Program-made: the position numbers and the translations under genes
Notes under the pieces: model-generated
The model's input: only the letters and a program-made list of their open reading frames with translations
Told to the model about the DNA's origin: nothing
Databases searched by the model: none
Shown: positions 19,137 to 27,531 of the stretch, one piece after another
Layout: every line of letters starts with the position of its first letter
Position numbering within the stretch: position 1 is the stretch's first letter
Assembly: GCA_963822445.1 (NCBI GenBank)
Contig: CAWGHO010000003.1
Coordinates: 1,088,001-1,152,000 of the forward strand
Direction of reading: 5' to 3'
Source: an uncultured Acidobacteriota bacterium
Lineage (GTDB): Bacteria > Acidobacteriota > Thermoanaerobaculia > Gp7-AA8
DNA length: 64,000 nucleotides

Positions 19137-19366
19137 CGTCTCCTCTGAATCCCCAGCTTTTCGTACATCGCGTCGTCGTCCGTCTCCACGCGCGCGAAAA
19201 CCGTCACGCCATGATTGGCGGGCGCGTCTTCGATCCTGATCAACCCCTGCTCGGACAGATCGTCATCGACGCCGGCGATATCGTAGCCCGCCCACACCGC
19301 GAAGCCCCGCTCCTCGGTGGGCCCGATCGAGCCTACTCGCGTGAACTTCTTGAGGTAACGCCCCAT
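19133..19366 (-). CDS. Hypothetical protein (77 aa)
   Basis: MGRYLKKF...; stop overlaps the next start. Confidence 0.55.
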   Translation of the reverse strand: MGRYLKKFTRVGSIGPTEERGFAVWAGYDIAGVDDDLSEQGLIRIEDAPANHGVTVFARVETDDDAMYEKLGIQRRR

Positions 19367-19764
19367 CGTTCCATGATCCGGGCCAGCGCGGCCGTGCCCA
19401 ACCCCCACGCGCCGTTGATCAGCAGTCCGGCGACGGCCATCTTCGCGTTGCCACCGGCGGCCATTCCTTTGAGCGGCGCGACCACGAATCCGGCGACGAG
19501 CGTCGGCACGATCGCGCCGAAGAGCAGCGCGACGATCCAGAACTTCGCGCCGGTCATCCTTCCCACGACGAGCATCAGGATCACACCCCACACACCGCCC
19601 CAGAACGAAAGCGAGATCAGTTCCGGAACGCCGAACGGCTTCGTGGCCGCGAACGAGTACGGCGATCGATCGATGAAACCAACCGCGTTCATGATCGCGA
19701 CGACGACCTGGTGAAAGAGCGGCACGGCCAGCGCGCCGGCAAGAAACCACTTCAAACCTCGCAT
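19333..19764 (-). CDS. Hypothetical 4-TM membrane protein
   Basis: FHQ, PFGVP..SLSFWGGVWG, VVAPLKG, NGAWGLG. Confidence 0.75.
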   Translation of the reverse strand: MRGLKWFLAGALAVPLFHQVVVAIMNAVGFIDRSPYSFAATKPFGVPELISLSFWGGVWGVILMLVVGRMTGAKFWIVALLFGAIVPTLVAGFVVAPLKGMAAGGNAKMAVAGLLINGAWGLGTAALARIMERWGVTSRSSRE

Positions 19765-19779
19765 ACTCTTCCTCCCGAA

Positions 19780-20220
19780 ATGCCTCCGGAGCTGATCATC
19801 TTCGTCGGCCTTCAAGCCTCGGGCAAGTCCACCTACTATCAGACTCACTTTGCGGCAACGCACGTGCATGTGAGCAAAGACCTGATGAAGAACGCGCGCA
19901 ATCGCGAGGCGAGACAGATCGAGATGATCGACCAGGCGCTGGCACAAGGACGATCGGTGGTCGTCGACAACACCAATCCCACACCCGCGATCCGTGCTCC
20001 GCTGATCGCACTCGGCAAGCGCCACGGCGCGCGCGTCGTGGCGTACTACTTCGAGACGACGATGAAGGACGCGGTTGCGCGCAACCGGCAACGCGAAGGC
20101 AAAGCGCGCGTTCCCGACGTCGCCCTGTTCGTTTCGGCCAAGAAGATGGTGCCGCCGGGCGTCGCGGAAGGATTCGACGAGGTCCGCGTCATCGCCCCGA
20201 TCCCGAGCGTTACGACATGA
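19780..20220 (+). CDS. AAA_33 P-loop kinase resembling the polynucleotide 5'-kinase domain
   Basis: GLQASGKST, VSKD, VVDNTN, RNRQR, EGFD. Confidence 0.82.
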   Translation: MPPELIIFVGLQASGKSTYYQTHFAATHVHVSKDLMKNARNREARQIEMIDQALAQGRSVVVDNTNPTPAIRAPLIALGKRHGARVVAYYFETTMKDAVARNRQREGKARVPDVALFVSAKKMVPPGVAEGFDEVRVIAPIPSVTT

Positions 20221-22103
20221 CGCCCAGGCAACTGCTCAAGAAAGTGTTTCCTCCCATGCTCGCTTCGCTGGCGGAAGCGCCGCCGCGGGACGAGTCGAAC
20301 TGGTCGTATGAATTGAAGTACGACGGCTTCCGCGCCGTGGTCGGCATCGTGAAGGGCGAGGTGGCCATGCTCAGCCGCAACGAGCTCGATCTCGCGCCGC
20401 GCTTTCCGCGCACGTTCGAAGCGCTGAAGAAACTCGAGTGCGACGAGATCGTGATCGACGGGGAAGTGGTCGTGCTCGACGAGCAGGGCGCGCCGCGGTT
20501 CCAGTTGCTGCAGCAGGGCGGCCGCGAGCTGATGGCCGTCTTCGACATCCTCTGGCTCAACGGCGAAGACCTGCGGCGGAAGACCTATCTCGAGCGGCGA
20601 AAAATGCTGGAGAAGTTCCTCCGCAAGGCTCCTGCCGGCATCGCCGTCTCCCAGAAGATGGATCCTCCCGGCGAGAAAGCTCTGGCGACGGCCGCGGCGG
20701 GCGGGTGGGAAGGAATCATCGCCAAGAAGAACGACTCGACGTATGAGTCGCGCCGCTCGAAGGACTGGCTGAAGATCAAGGCCATCAATCAGCAGGAGCT
20801 CGTGATCGTCGGCTATCAACCGAGCAACGCCAACGATCGCGACATCGGATCGCTGCATCTCGCCGTGAACGAGAACGGCGCGCTGCGCTACGCCGGCAAA
20901 GTCGGGACGGGCTTTTCCTCGAAGCTGCGAGGCTGGTTGAAAGACGAACTGGACAAGGACGTGATCCCGAAGACGGATGTGAAGGACGCGCCGCGCGTAC
21001 GGACCGCGGTCTGGACCAAACCGCGATTCGTTGCCCAGGTTTCGTTCACCGAGTGGACCGGCGATCACCGCCTGCGCCACCCCTCATTCCTCGGACTCCG
21101 CGACGACAAAGGAGTGAAAGACGTGGTGAGAGAGAAAGCAGGGGTTACGGGGTTACGGGGTTTCGAGGTTTCGGGGAAGAAGAACCCGGCCGCGAAAAAG
21201 TCGTCCACCCCGAAACCCCGTAACCTCGAAACCTCGCAACCGAAAGTCACGCTCACCAATCCCGACCGTCTTCTCTATCCGCGCGACAAGATCACCAAAC
21301 AGCACATCGCCGAGTATTACGAAGCTGTTTCCGCGCCGATGCTGCGCGCGCTCGAAGACCGGCCGCTGACGCTCGAGCACTGGAACCAGGGCATCGACAA
21401 GCCGTCCTGGTTTCATCAGAACATCGGCAAGGAAGGGGCGTCGTGGCTGACCGTCGTGGAGACGCCGACGCGCACGACGAAAAGCGGCAGCGTCAAACAT
21501 CTCGTCGTCGACAGCGTCGACGCACTGCGCTGGCTGGCGCAGATGTCCGTGCTCACCGTGCACATGTGGCATTCGCGCGCATCGAGCCTCGCCCACGCGG
21601 ACTGGATCCTCTTCGATCTCGATCCTGCGAAAGGAAAGGGGATCGAGCAGGCCATCGACGCCGCGATCGTGATGCGCAAGCTGCTCGAGAATCTCGAACT
21701 GCCGAGCGTCCCCAAGACCTCCGGAAAGCGCGGCATTCACGTGTTCGTCCCTCTCAAGGCCGGCTACACGCATGAGGAAGTCGGCGACTTCGCCTGCTCG
21801 CTCGCCGAAGCCGTGGCCACGAAAGTGCCGGGCATCACCGTCGAGCGCTCACTCGCCAAACGGCGCGGCCGTCTCTACCTCGACTGCATGCAGAACGCGT
21901 ACGGCAAGACCGTCGTCGCGCCCTACTCGCCGCGCGCGATTGACGGCGCTCCCGTTTCCGCACCGCTGAAGTGGAGCGAGATCACGAAGAAGCTCGACCC
22001 GCTGAAATACAACATCCGCACGATGCCCAATCGGCTGGCGAAGGTGGGGGACCTGTTCGAAGAGGTGTTCAGGAATGGGGTGAAGCTGCCGAAATTGAAG
22101 TGA
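20217..22103 (+). CDS. ligD: DNA ligase D (ligase + polymerase/primase domains, no phosphoesterase domain seen)
   Basis: ELKYDGFR, DGEVV, FDIL, EGIIAK, WLKIK; FDLDP, KTSGKRGIH, APYSPRA. Confidence 0.93.
   Translation: MTPRQLLKKVFPPMLASLAEAPPRDESNWSYELKYDGFRAVVGIVKGEVAMLSRNELDLAPRFPRTFEALKKLECDEIVIDGEVVVLDEQGAPRFQLLQQGGRELMAVFDILWLNGEDLRRKTYLERRKMLEKFLRKAPAGIAVSQKMDPPGEKALATAAAGGWEGIIAKKNDSTYESRRSKDWLKIKAINQQELVIVGYQPSNANDRDIGSLHLAVNENGALRYAGKVGTGFSSKLRGWLKDELDKDVIPKTDVKDAPRVRTAVWTKPRFVAQVSFTEWTGDHRLRHPSFLGLRDDKGVKDVVREKAGVTGLRGFEVSGKKNPAAKKSSTPKPRNLETSQPKVTLTNPDRLLYPRDKITKQHIAEYYEAVSAPMLRALEDRPLTLEHWNQGIDKPSWFHQNIGKEGASWLTVVETPTRTTKSGSVKHLVVDSVDALRWLAQMSVLTVHMWHSRASSLAHADWILFDLDPAKGKGIEQAIDAAIVMRKLLENLELPSVPKTSGKRGIHVFVPLKAGYTHEEVGDFACSLAEAVATKVPGITVERSLAKRRGRLYLDCMQNAYGKTVVAPYSPRAIDGAPVSAPLKWSEITKKLDPLKYNIRTMPNRLAKVGDLFEEVFRNGVKLPKLK
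21141..21242. repeat. Tandem 8-mer hairpin (GGTTNCGR / YCGNAACC) inside the ligD linker
   Basis: ggggttacggggttacggggtttcgaggtttcgggg ... ccccgaaaccccgtaacctcgaaacctcgcaacc. Confidence 0.85.
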
Positions 22104-22203
22104 GATTGCTGGGTTGCTAGGTTGCTGAGCGCTCCGCCGAGTCGCATGATCGCGCTTCCTGGCGAAGCACCCAGCAACCCAGCAACTCAGCAACCGAGCA
22201 ACG
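22104..22203. repeat. Tandem 8-mer hairpin (GGTTGCTG / CAGCAACC)
   Basis: gattgctgggttgctaggttgctgag ... ccagcaacccagcaactcagcaaccgagcaac. Confidence 0.85.
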
Positions 22204-22212
22204 CGTAGCGAC

Positions 22213-22635
22213 ATGAAATCACACACCAAACACCTCACCCTCCACACCCGCGAACGGATGCAGTTCATCAACATCACGAATGAAGTCGAGGCCGAGCTGC
22301 GCGCCAGCGGCATCAGGGAGGGGCTCTGTCTCGTCAACGCGATGCACATCACCGCGAGCGTCTTCATCAACGACGACGAGCGCGGGCTGCACGAGGATTA
22401 CAAGCGCTGGCTGGAGTGGCTTGCGCCCTACGATCCGAGTCCGGAGCGCTATCACCACAACCGCACCGGCGAGGACAACGGCGACGCGCATCACAAGCGA
22501 CAGGTCATGGGCCGGGAGGTGGTCGTCGCCATCACGGACGGCACGCTCGATTTCGGTCCGTGGGAGCAGATCTTCTACGGTGAGTTCGACGGGCGCCGCG
22601 ACAAACGGGTGATGATCAAGATCATCGGCGAATGA
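22213..22635 (+). CDS. yjbQ: YjbQ family (secondary thiamine-phosphate synthase)
   Basis: [30 protein letters not shown]. Confidence 0.92.
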   Translation: MKSHTKHLTLHTRERMQFINITNEVEAELRASGIREGLCLVNAMHITASVFINDDERGLHEDYKRWLEWLAPYDPSPERYHHNRTGEDNGDAHHKRQVMGREVVVAITDGTLDFGPWEQIFYGEFDGRRDKRVMIKIIGE

Positions 22636-22657
22636 CGGAGCGGGTAAGATCCGCGTC

Positions 22658-23413
22658 GTGAAACGGGCCATCATCACCGGAGCCTCCAGCGGAATCGGAC
22701 TTCATCTCGCGCGCGAGCTCTCGCGTCGCGGATACGCGCTGGCGCTGCTCGCGCGCCGCATCGATCTCCTCAACGACCTCGCTCACGAGATCGGCTCGCC
22801 GGCGGTGGCCATCGCCTGCGACGTTTCGGATCGCGCATCGGTACGCGACGCCGTACAGAAGGCCCAGCAGCAACTCGGCGGGCCGTTCGACCTCGCCGTC
22901 GCCAACGCCGGCGTGAGCATTCCCGGCCATGCGACGAAGTTCAAGATCGACGAGGCCGAGCAGATCATCCGCGTGAACGTCCTGGGCATGATGTATCTCT
23001 TCGACGCCGTCATTCCGGCGATGGTCGAGCAGGGTACCGGGCAATTCGTCGGCGTCGCATCCGTCGCCGGCCTGCGTGGATTGCCGACCGCGGGACCGTA
23101 TTCGGCGAGTAAGGCCGCCATGCAGGCATTTCTCGAATCATCGCGGATCGAGCTGAAGCCGTACGGCGTCGGCGTCACCATCGTCAATCCCGGTTTCGTG
23201 GCCACGGCGATGACGGACAAGAACCGCTTCCGCATGCCGTTCCTCATGCAGGCGGACAAAGCGGCGCGCATCATTGCCGATGGCATCGATCGGCGGGCGC
23301 GGGTGATCGAATTTCCCAAACGCATGTCGCTGCTGATGCGATTCGTGCGACTGGTTCCCGACGCGTTGTACGACCGCGTCACCGTGCCGTTCGGACGGCG
23401 AAAGGCGAAGTGA
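22658..23413 (+). CDS. SDR family oxidoreductase
   Basis: TGASSGIG, ANAG, YSASK. Confidence 0.92.
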   Translation: MKRAIITGASSGIGLHLARELSRRGYALALLARRIDLLNDLAHEIGSPAVAIACDVSDRASVRDAVQKAQQQLGGPFDLAVANAGVSIPGHATKFKIDEAEQIIRVNVLGMMYLFDAVIPAMVEQGTGQFVGVASVAGLRGLPTAGPYSASKAAMQAFLESSRIELKPYGVGVTIVNPGFVATAMTDKNRFRMPFLMQADKAARIIADGIDRRARVIEFPKRMSLLMRFVRLVPDALYDRVTVPFGRRKAK

Positions 23414-23874
23414 TGAAACCGACGACGATGGTCCGTCTCTGGTCGCTGCAGAACGTCTTCCTGCTCTGGCTGATCCGGCCGAGGATCGTTGAACTGACGG
23501 ACGACCGCTGCGTTGTGCGCGTGCCGCTGAACTGGCGCACCCGCCGCCGCGACATTCGCGCAATGTACCTCGGCACCCTCTGCATGGGCGCGGACGTGGC
23601 GGCCGGGCTGATCTCCTTCAAGCTGGTGATGGACCGGAAGCTCAACGTCTCGTTCGTGTTCAAGGACATCCGCGGGGAGTTTCTCAAGCGCGCCGACGGC
23701 GACGTCGTGTTCACCAACAACGACGGCCCGATGATTCAGGCGCTGGTAGCGCGCGCGATGGAGTCGGGCGAGCGCCAGGAATCGACGGTCCACGTCGTCG
23801 CGACGGTGCCCGAGAAATATGGCGACGAGCCGGTCGCGAAGTTCGAACTGACGCTCTCCTTGAAAAGACGGTAG
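23410..23874 (+). CDS. DUF4442 hotdog-fold (PaaI-like) protein
   Basis: VPLNWRT...MYLG, FLKRADGDV. Confidence 0.75.
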   Translation: MMKPTTMVRLWSLQNVFLLWLIRPRIVELTDDRCVVRVPLNWRTRRRDIRAMYLGTLCMGADVAAGLISFKLVMDRKLNVSFVFKDIRGEFLKRADGDVVFTNNDGPMIQALVARAMESGERQESTVHVVATVPEKYGDEPVAKFELTLSLKRR

Positions 23875-23904
23875 GCAGTCTCGCGCATCGGCGCGGACTA
23901 TAGA

Positions 23905-24285
23905 TTGATGAAAATGCCGCCGAATCTGCCCGAGAGTGTCTTGTCGGCAATCGAAACCGCGATCGCCGAGTCACGGGCGCGGGTCCGCGTCGGCTATCCC
24001 TGGTGGCTGCGACCGTGGCTGGCCCGCGACGTCATCGCCATCACCCTTGGCCGCCGCATTTATCTCAGCGGCAAGGCCACGGCCCGTTCGTCGGCGTATC
24101 TCGAGCGCCTGCTCCGACACGAGCTCGCTCACGTCCGGCAGGTCAATCGCCACGGGCTGATCCCTTTTCTCGTGAGGTACATCGCTGAGTTCGTCCGTCT
24201 GCTTCTGCGCGAGCGTTCGGTCAATGAGGCGTACCGGAAGATCTCGTTCGAGGTCGAGGCGAAGGCCGCGGAAGAAGGCCTATAA
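23905..24285 (+). CDS. DUF4157-like HExxH protein
   Basis: AITLG..IY, LLRHELAHVRQ, FEVEA. Confidence 0.75.
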   Translation: MMKMPPNLPESVLSAIETAIAESRARVRVGYPWWLRPWLARDVIAITLGRRIYLSGKATARSSAYLERLLRHELAHVRQVNRHGLIPFLVRYIAEFVRLLLRERSVNEAYRKISFEVEAKAAEEGL

Positions 24286-24299
24286 TCGGCCTTTCCCCA

Positions 24300-25454
24300 A
24301 TGCTGCAGTTCAACTCTTTGGAGACACCGCAACTGGAGCGCTTTCTCGAGCGCCACAAAGCCGGTTTGTCCCTGAAGAACGAGGTCGATCTCGACCTGGT
24401 CCTGCGCCAGATCCTCCAGAAAGCAAATGAGTTCGTCCCCTCGGAATCAGGCTCGATCCTGCTCGACGACCCTTACCGGAAAGTGGCGACGCGCAAGGAC
24501 AACGAGCTCGTTTTCATCGCCACGTTCGGCGATTCGAGCGCCAACCTCATTGGGCAGCGGCTCTCCGCACAGAACGGCATCGTGGGACGCGTCTATCAGA
24601 GCGGCACACCGCATCTTTCCGCGGATGTCGAACGGGACAACTACTTCTATCGCGATATCGACGAGGCCATCGGTCACAAGACCAACTCCCTCGTCGCCGT
24701 GCCCGTTCACATCGGAAAGCACGTCTGCGGAGTGCTCGAACTGATCAATCGGCTCGACCGCCAGCCGTTCACGTTGCGGGACATGACGCTGCTGGAGATC
24801 TTCGCCGGCTACACGTCCTTCACGCTGCAGAACGCGCTCGACGCCAAACGCGCGCACGAGCTGGCGAAGAAGGACGATCTGACCGGGCTGTACAACGATC
24901 GCTGGTTCCATGTCCGTCTCACGGAAACGTTGTCCGAGGCGCGGCAGAGTGGGAAAGAAGCGGTGTTGTTGTTCATGGATCTCGACCGCTTCAAGTGGGT
25001 GAATGACTGCCATGGACATCTCGCCGGCAGCCAGGTGCTCCGCGAGGTCGGATTTCTGCTCAAGCGGATCGTTCAGCGAACGGACGCGACCGTCGCGCGC
25101 TACGGTGGAGACGAGTTCGTGATGATCCTGCCGAACACGAGTCTCGACGAGGGGTTGCGCGTGTGCGAAGAAATTCGCCGCGCGATCGAGTCCACGACCT
25201 TCCTCGAGCGCGAGTGGGGCTTCAGCATGGCTCCCGTCCACCTGCGCGGCGTTCTGTCGGCGTCGATCGGCATCGCCCGCTTTGCGCCCGAGGCCGGTTC
25301 GATCTCGTCGGTGGAGATCGACAAGAACGAGCTCCTGCGCCGCGCGGACGTGGCCATGTACCACGCCAAATCGCTGGGCAAGAATCAGGTGGTCGTGTGG
25401 GACGAGGCGCTCATGCCGGCGGCGGGTGGTGAGTTGTCGGACGCGCGGACCTGA
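24300..25454 (+). CDS. GAF-GGDEF diguanylate cyclase
   Basis: GAF (GIVG, GVLELIN); DDLTGLYN, DLDRFK.VND..GH, RYGGDEF, AD.AMY.AK..GKN. Confidence 0.93.
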   Translation: MLQFNSLETPQLERFLERHKAGLSLKNEVDLDLVLRQILQKANEFVPSESGSILLDDPYRKVATRKDNELVFIATFGDSSANLIGQRLSAQNGIVGRVYQSGTPHLSADVERDNYFYRDIDEAIGHKTNSLVAVPVHIGKHVCGVLELINRLDRQPFTLRDMTLLEIFAGYTSFTLQNALDAKRAHELAKKDDLTGLYNDRWFHVRLTETLSEARQSGKEAVLLFMDLDRFKWVNDCHGHLAGSQVLREVGFLLKRIVQRTDATVARYGGDEFVMILPNTSLDEGLRVCEEIRRAIESTTFLEREWGFSMAPVHLRGVLSASIGIARFAPEAGSISSVEIDKNELLRRADVAMYHAKSLGKNQVVVWDEALMPAAGGELSDART

Positions 25455-25460
25455 ACGCCT

Positions 25461-25490
25461 TGTCATCCCTCGACTTCGCTCGGGATGACA
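25461..25490. repeat. Short REP-like palindrome between convergent genes
   Basis: tgtcatccc-tcgacttcgctc-gggatgaca. Confidence 0.7.
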
Positions 25491-25504
25491 CGCGAACCGC
25501 GAGA

Positions 25505-25759
25505 TCAGCGACGTCGGGAGAGGTCGACACGGCGAAGGCTCTCGGACACCCGGACGTGAACGGCGAGGTCTTCCTCGCGATCGGTCGCTGTCGGCCACTC
25601 GGGCCGGATGAGGGCCGCGTGCCGCCGCAGCGCGTCGCCGACCGCAAGTGCTTCCGCGGCAGTCATCTGCCCCTTCTGCTCCGCCCAGCGGCGCCGCTTC
25701 GATTCCTCGATCGCCGCCCAGTCGCGGCTGGCATAAGCGATCAGATCGGCTTCGCGCAC
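25505..25759 (-). CDS. Hypothetical 84-aa protein (antitoxin-like)
   Basis: GTG start 8 nt after TATTCT; RDWAAIEE.K...W, P.WP...R.EDL..H. Confidence 0.6.
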   Translation of the reverse strand: MREADLIAYASRDWAAIEESKRRRWAEQKGQMTAAEALAVGDALRRHAALIRPEWPTATDREEDLAVHVRVSESLRRVDLSRRR

Positions 25760-25837
25760 GATTCGCGAGAATAGCATCTCCACACCGCCCCACTTTCTTG
25801 CTATCGTCTCGCATCCCGCACGAGGAGGCATTTCACC

Positions 25838-26854
25838 GTGGCAAAAATCACCGCTGAATACATCTGGATCGATGGTCAGAGACCGACCGCCAAGCTGCGC
25901 TCGAAGACCAAGATTCTCGACGCGCCGGTCAAGAAGCTCGAGGACATTCCCGAATGGGGTTACGACGGCTCGAGCACGGCACAGGCGAGCGGACATTTCA
26001 GCGATCTGCTGCTCCGTCCCGTCAGACATCTCCAGGACCCGCTGCATCGCGACAACGACATCCTCGTCCTCTGCGAGGTGCTCAATCCCGACGGCTCGGT
26101 TCACTGGAGCAACACCCGCGCGGCACTGCGCGAAGTCTCCGAAAAGTACAAGGATCACGACGCCTGGTTCGGCATCGAGCAGGAGTACACGCTCTTCGAA
26201 GGCAACCGTCCCCTCGGCTGGCCGGATCACGGATTCCCCGCGCCGCAGGGCGGCTACTACTGCGGCGTCGGCAGCGATGAAGTGTTCGGACGCGATCTCG
26301 TCGAAGCGCACGCCGAAGCCTGTGTTCGCGCCGGCATTCACATCTACGGAACGAACGCCGAGGTCATGCCGGCGCAGTGGGAGTTCCAGATCGGCGCGAT
26401 CGGTCCGCTCGACGTCGCCGACGAGCTCTGGATCGCCCGCTGGCTCCTCTACCGAATCGGCGAGGACCTCGGCATCAGCGCAACGCTATATCCGAAGCCG
26501 GTCAAAGGCGACTGGAACGGCGCCGGCGCGCACACGAACTTTTCCACGAAGTCGATGCGCCAGCCGGGCGGCATGAAGGTCATCGAAGACGCGATGCGCA
26601 AGCTCGAGAAGCGTCACGACGACCACATCAAGGTCTACGGCGCCCACAACGAGGAACGCCTGACCGGTCAGCATGAGACGGCGCCGATTCACCAGTTCCG
26701 CTGGGGAATCAGCGACCGCGGCGCGTCCATCCGCATCCCCATGGCCACCGCGAACCTCGGTTACGGGTACTTTGAAGACCGCCGCCCCGCCGCGAACATG
26801 GATCCGTATCAGGTCTGCGCGATGCTGATTGAAACGGTCTGCGGCGACTATTAG
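25838..26854 (+). CDS. glnII: Glutamine synthetase type II
   Basis: 338 aa; AEYIWIDG, WGYDGSST, QGGYYCGVG, NAEVMPAQWEFQIG, DWNGAGAHTNFST, EDRRPAANMDPY; GGAGG RBS. Confidence 0.92.
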   Translation: MAKITAEYIWIDGQRPTAKLRSKTKILDAPVKKLEDIPEWGYDGSSTAQASGHFSDLLLRPVRHLQDPLHRDNDILVLCEVLNPDGSVHWSNTRAALREVSEKYKDHDAWFGIEQEYTLFEGNRPLGWPDHGFPAPQGGYYCGVGSDEVFGRDLVEAHAEACVRAGIHIYGTNAEVMPAQWEFQIGAIGPLDVADELWIARWLLYRIGEDLGISATLYPKPVKGDWNGAGAHTNFSTKSMRQPGGMKVIEDAMRKLEKRHDDHIKVYGAHNEERLTGQHETAPIHQFRWGISDRGASIRIPMATANLGYGYFEDRRPAANMDPYQVCAMLIETVCGDY

Positions 26855-27531
26855 TCCTCGTCCACTCCCAGATGCCTGATGTCGACTCGCCGCACTCCCT
26901 CGAGTGCGGCGAGTCGTTCTTCCAGCCCGCTGAGATCGATCGCCTGCGCCGCGCGAAGCATCACCCGCATCGTGCTCTGCTCCGGGCCGCGTGAGATCGA
27001 GCGCCGCAACGGCGTCACATCCGGCAACTCCCGCCAGGCCGCATTGACCGCATGCACCGCCTCGGCATCGCAATCGACGCGAAGCTCGAAGCGTCCCATC
27101 CCGTTGTCGCGCCGCGCGATCCGCAACATGAAGGTCTCGACGCTGCGGAGCATCAACTGCACGATGACGATGCCCGCGGTGAGCGTGCCGGCGAGAACGT
27201 AGTGGCCGAGGCCGACGGCGACGCCCATGCTCGCGTCGGCCCAGAGCGTGGCCGCGGTGGTAACGCCTTGCACGGTCAGACCGCGATGCATGATCACGCC
27301 CGCGCCGATGAAGCCGATGCCGCCGACGACAGCCGCCGCGATCTGTCCGGGATTGTGATTCTCGGGCCCGAACGTATTCGACATCATCGCGAAGCCCGCC
27401 GCGCCGAGCGCGACCAGGGTCATCGTCTTGAGGCCGGCGTGCTTCTGACGCCACTCGCGCTCGACGCCGATGACGGCGCCGAACGCGATGGCGAGCGCGA
27501 TGCGGATGACGATCGTGACCGGATCGATCAT
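26851..27531 (-). CDS. MgtC/SapB family protein
   Basis: IGVERE, AGLKT, GIGFIGAG, GVTTAATLW. Confidence 0.9.
   Translation of the reverse strand: MIDPVTIVIRIALAIAFGAVIGVEREWRQKHAGLKTMTLVALGAAGFAMMSNTFGPENHNPGQIAAAVVGGIGFIGAGVIMHRGLTVQGVTTAATLWADASMGVAVGLGHYVLAGTLTAGIVIVQLMLRSVETFMLRIARRDNGMGRFELRVDCDAEAVHAVNAAWRELPDVTPLRRSISRGPEQSTMRVMLRAAQAIDLSGLEERLAALEGVRRVDIRHLGVDED

Noticed and set aside
23905-24285. Contractile injection system locus suggested by DUF4157
   Set aside because: Single small domain with no tail, baseplate or spike genes nearby.
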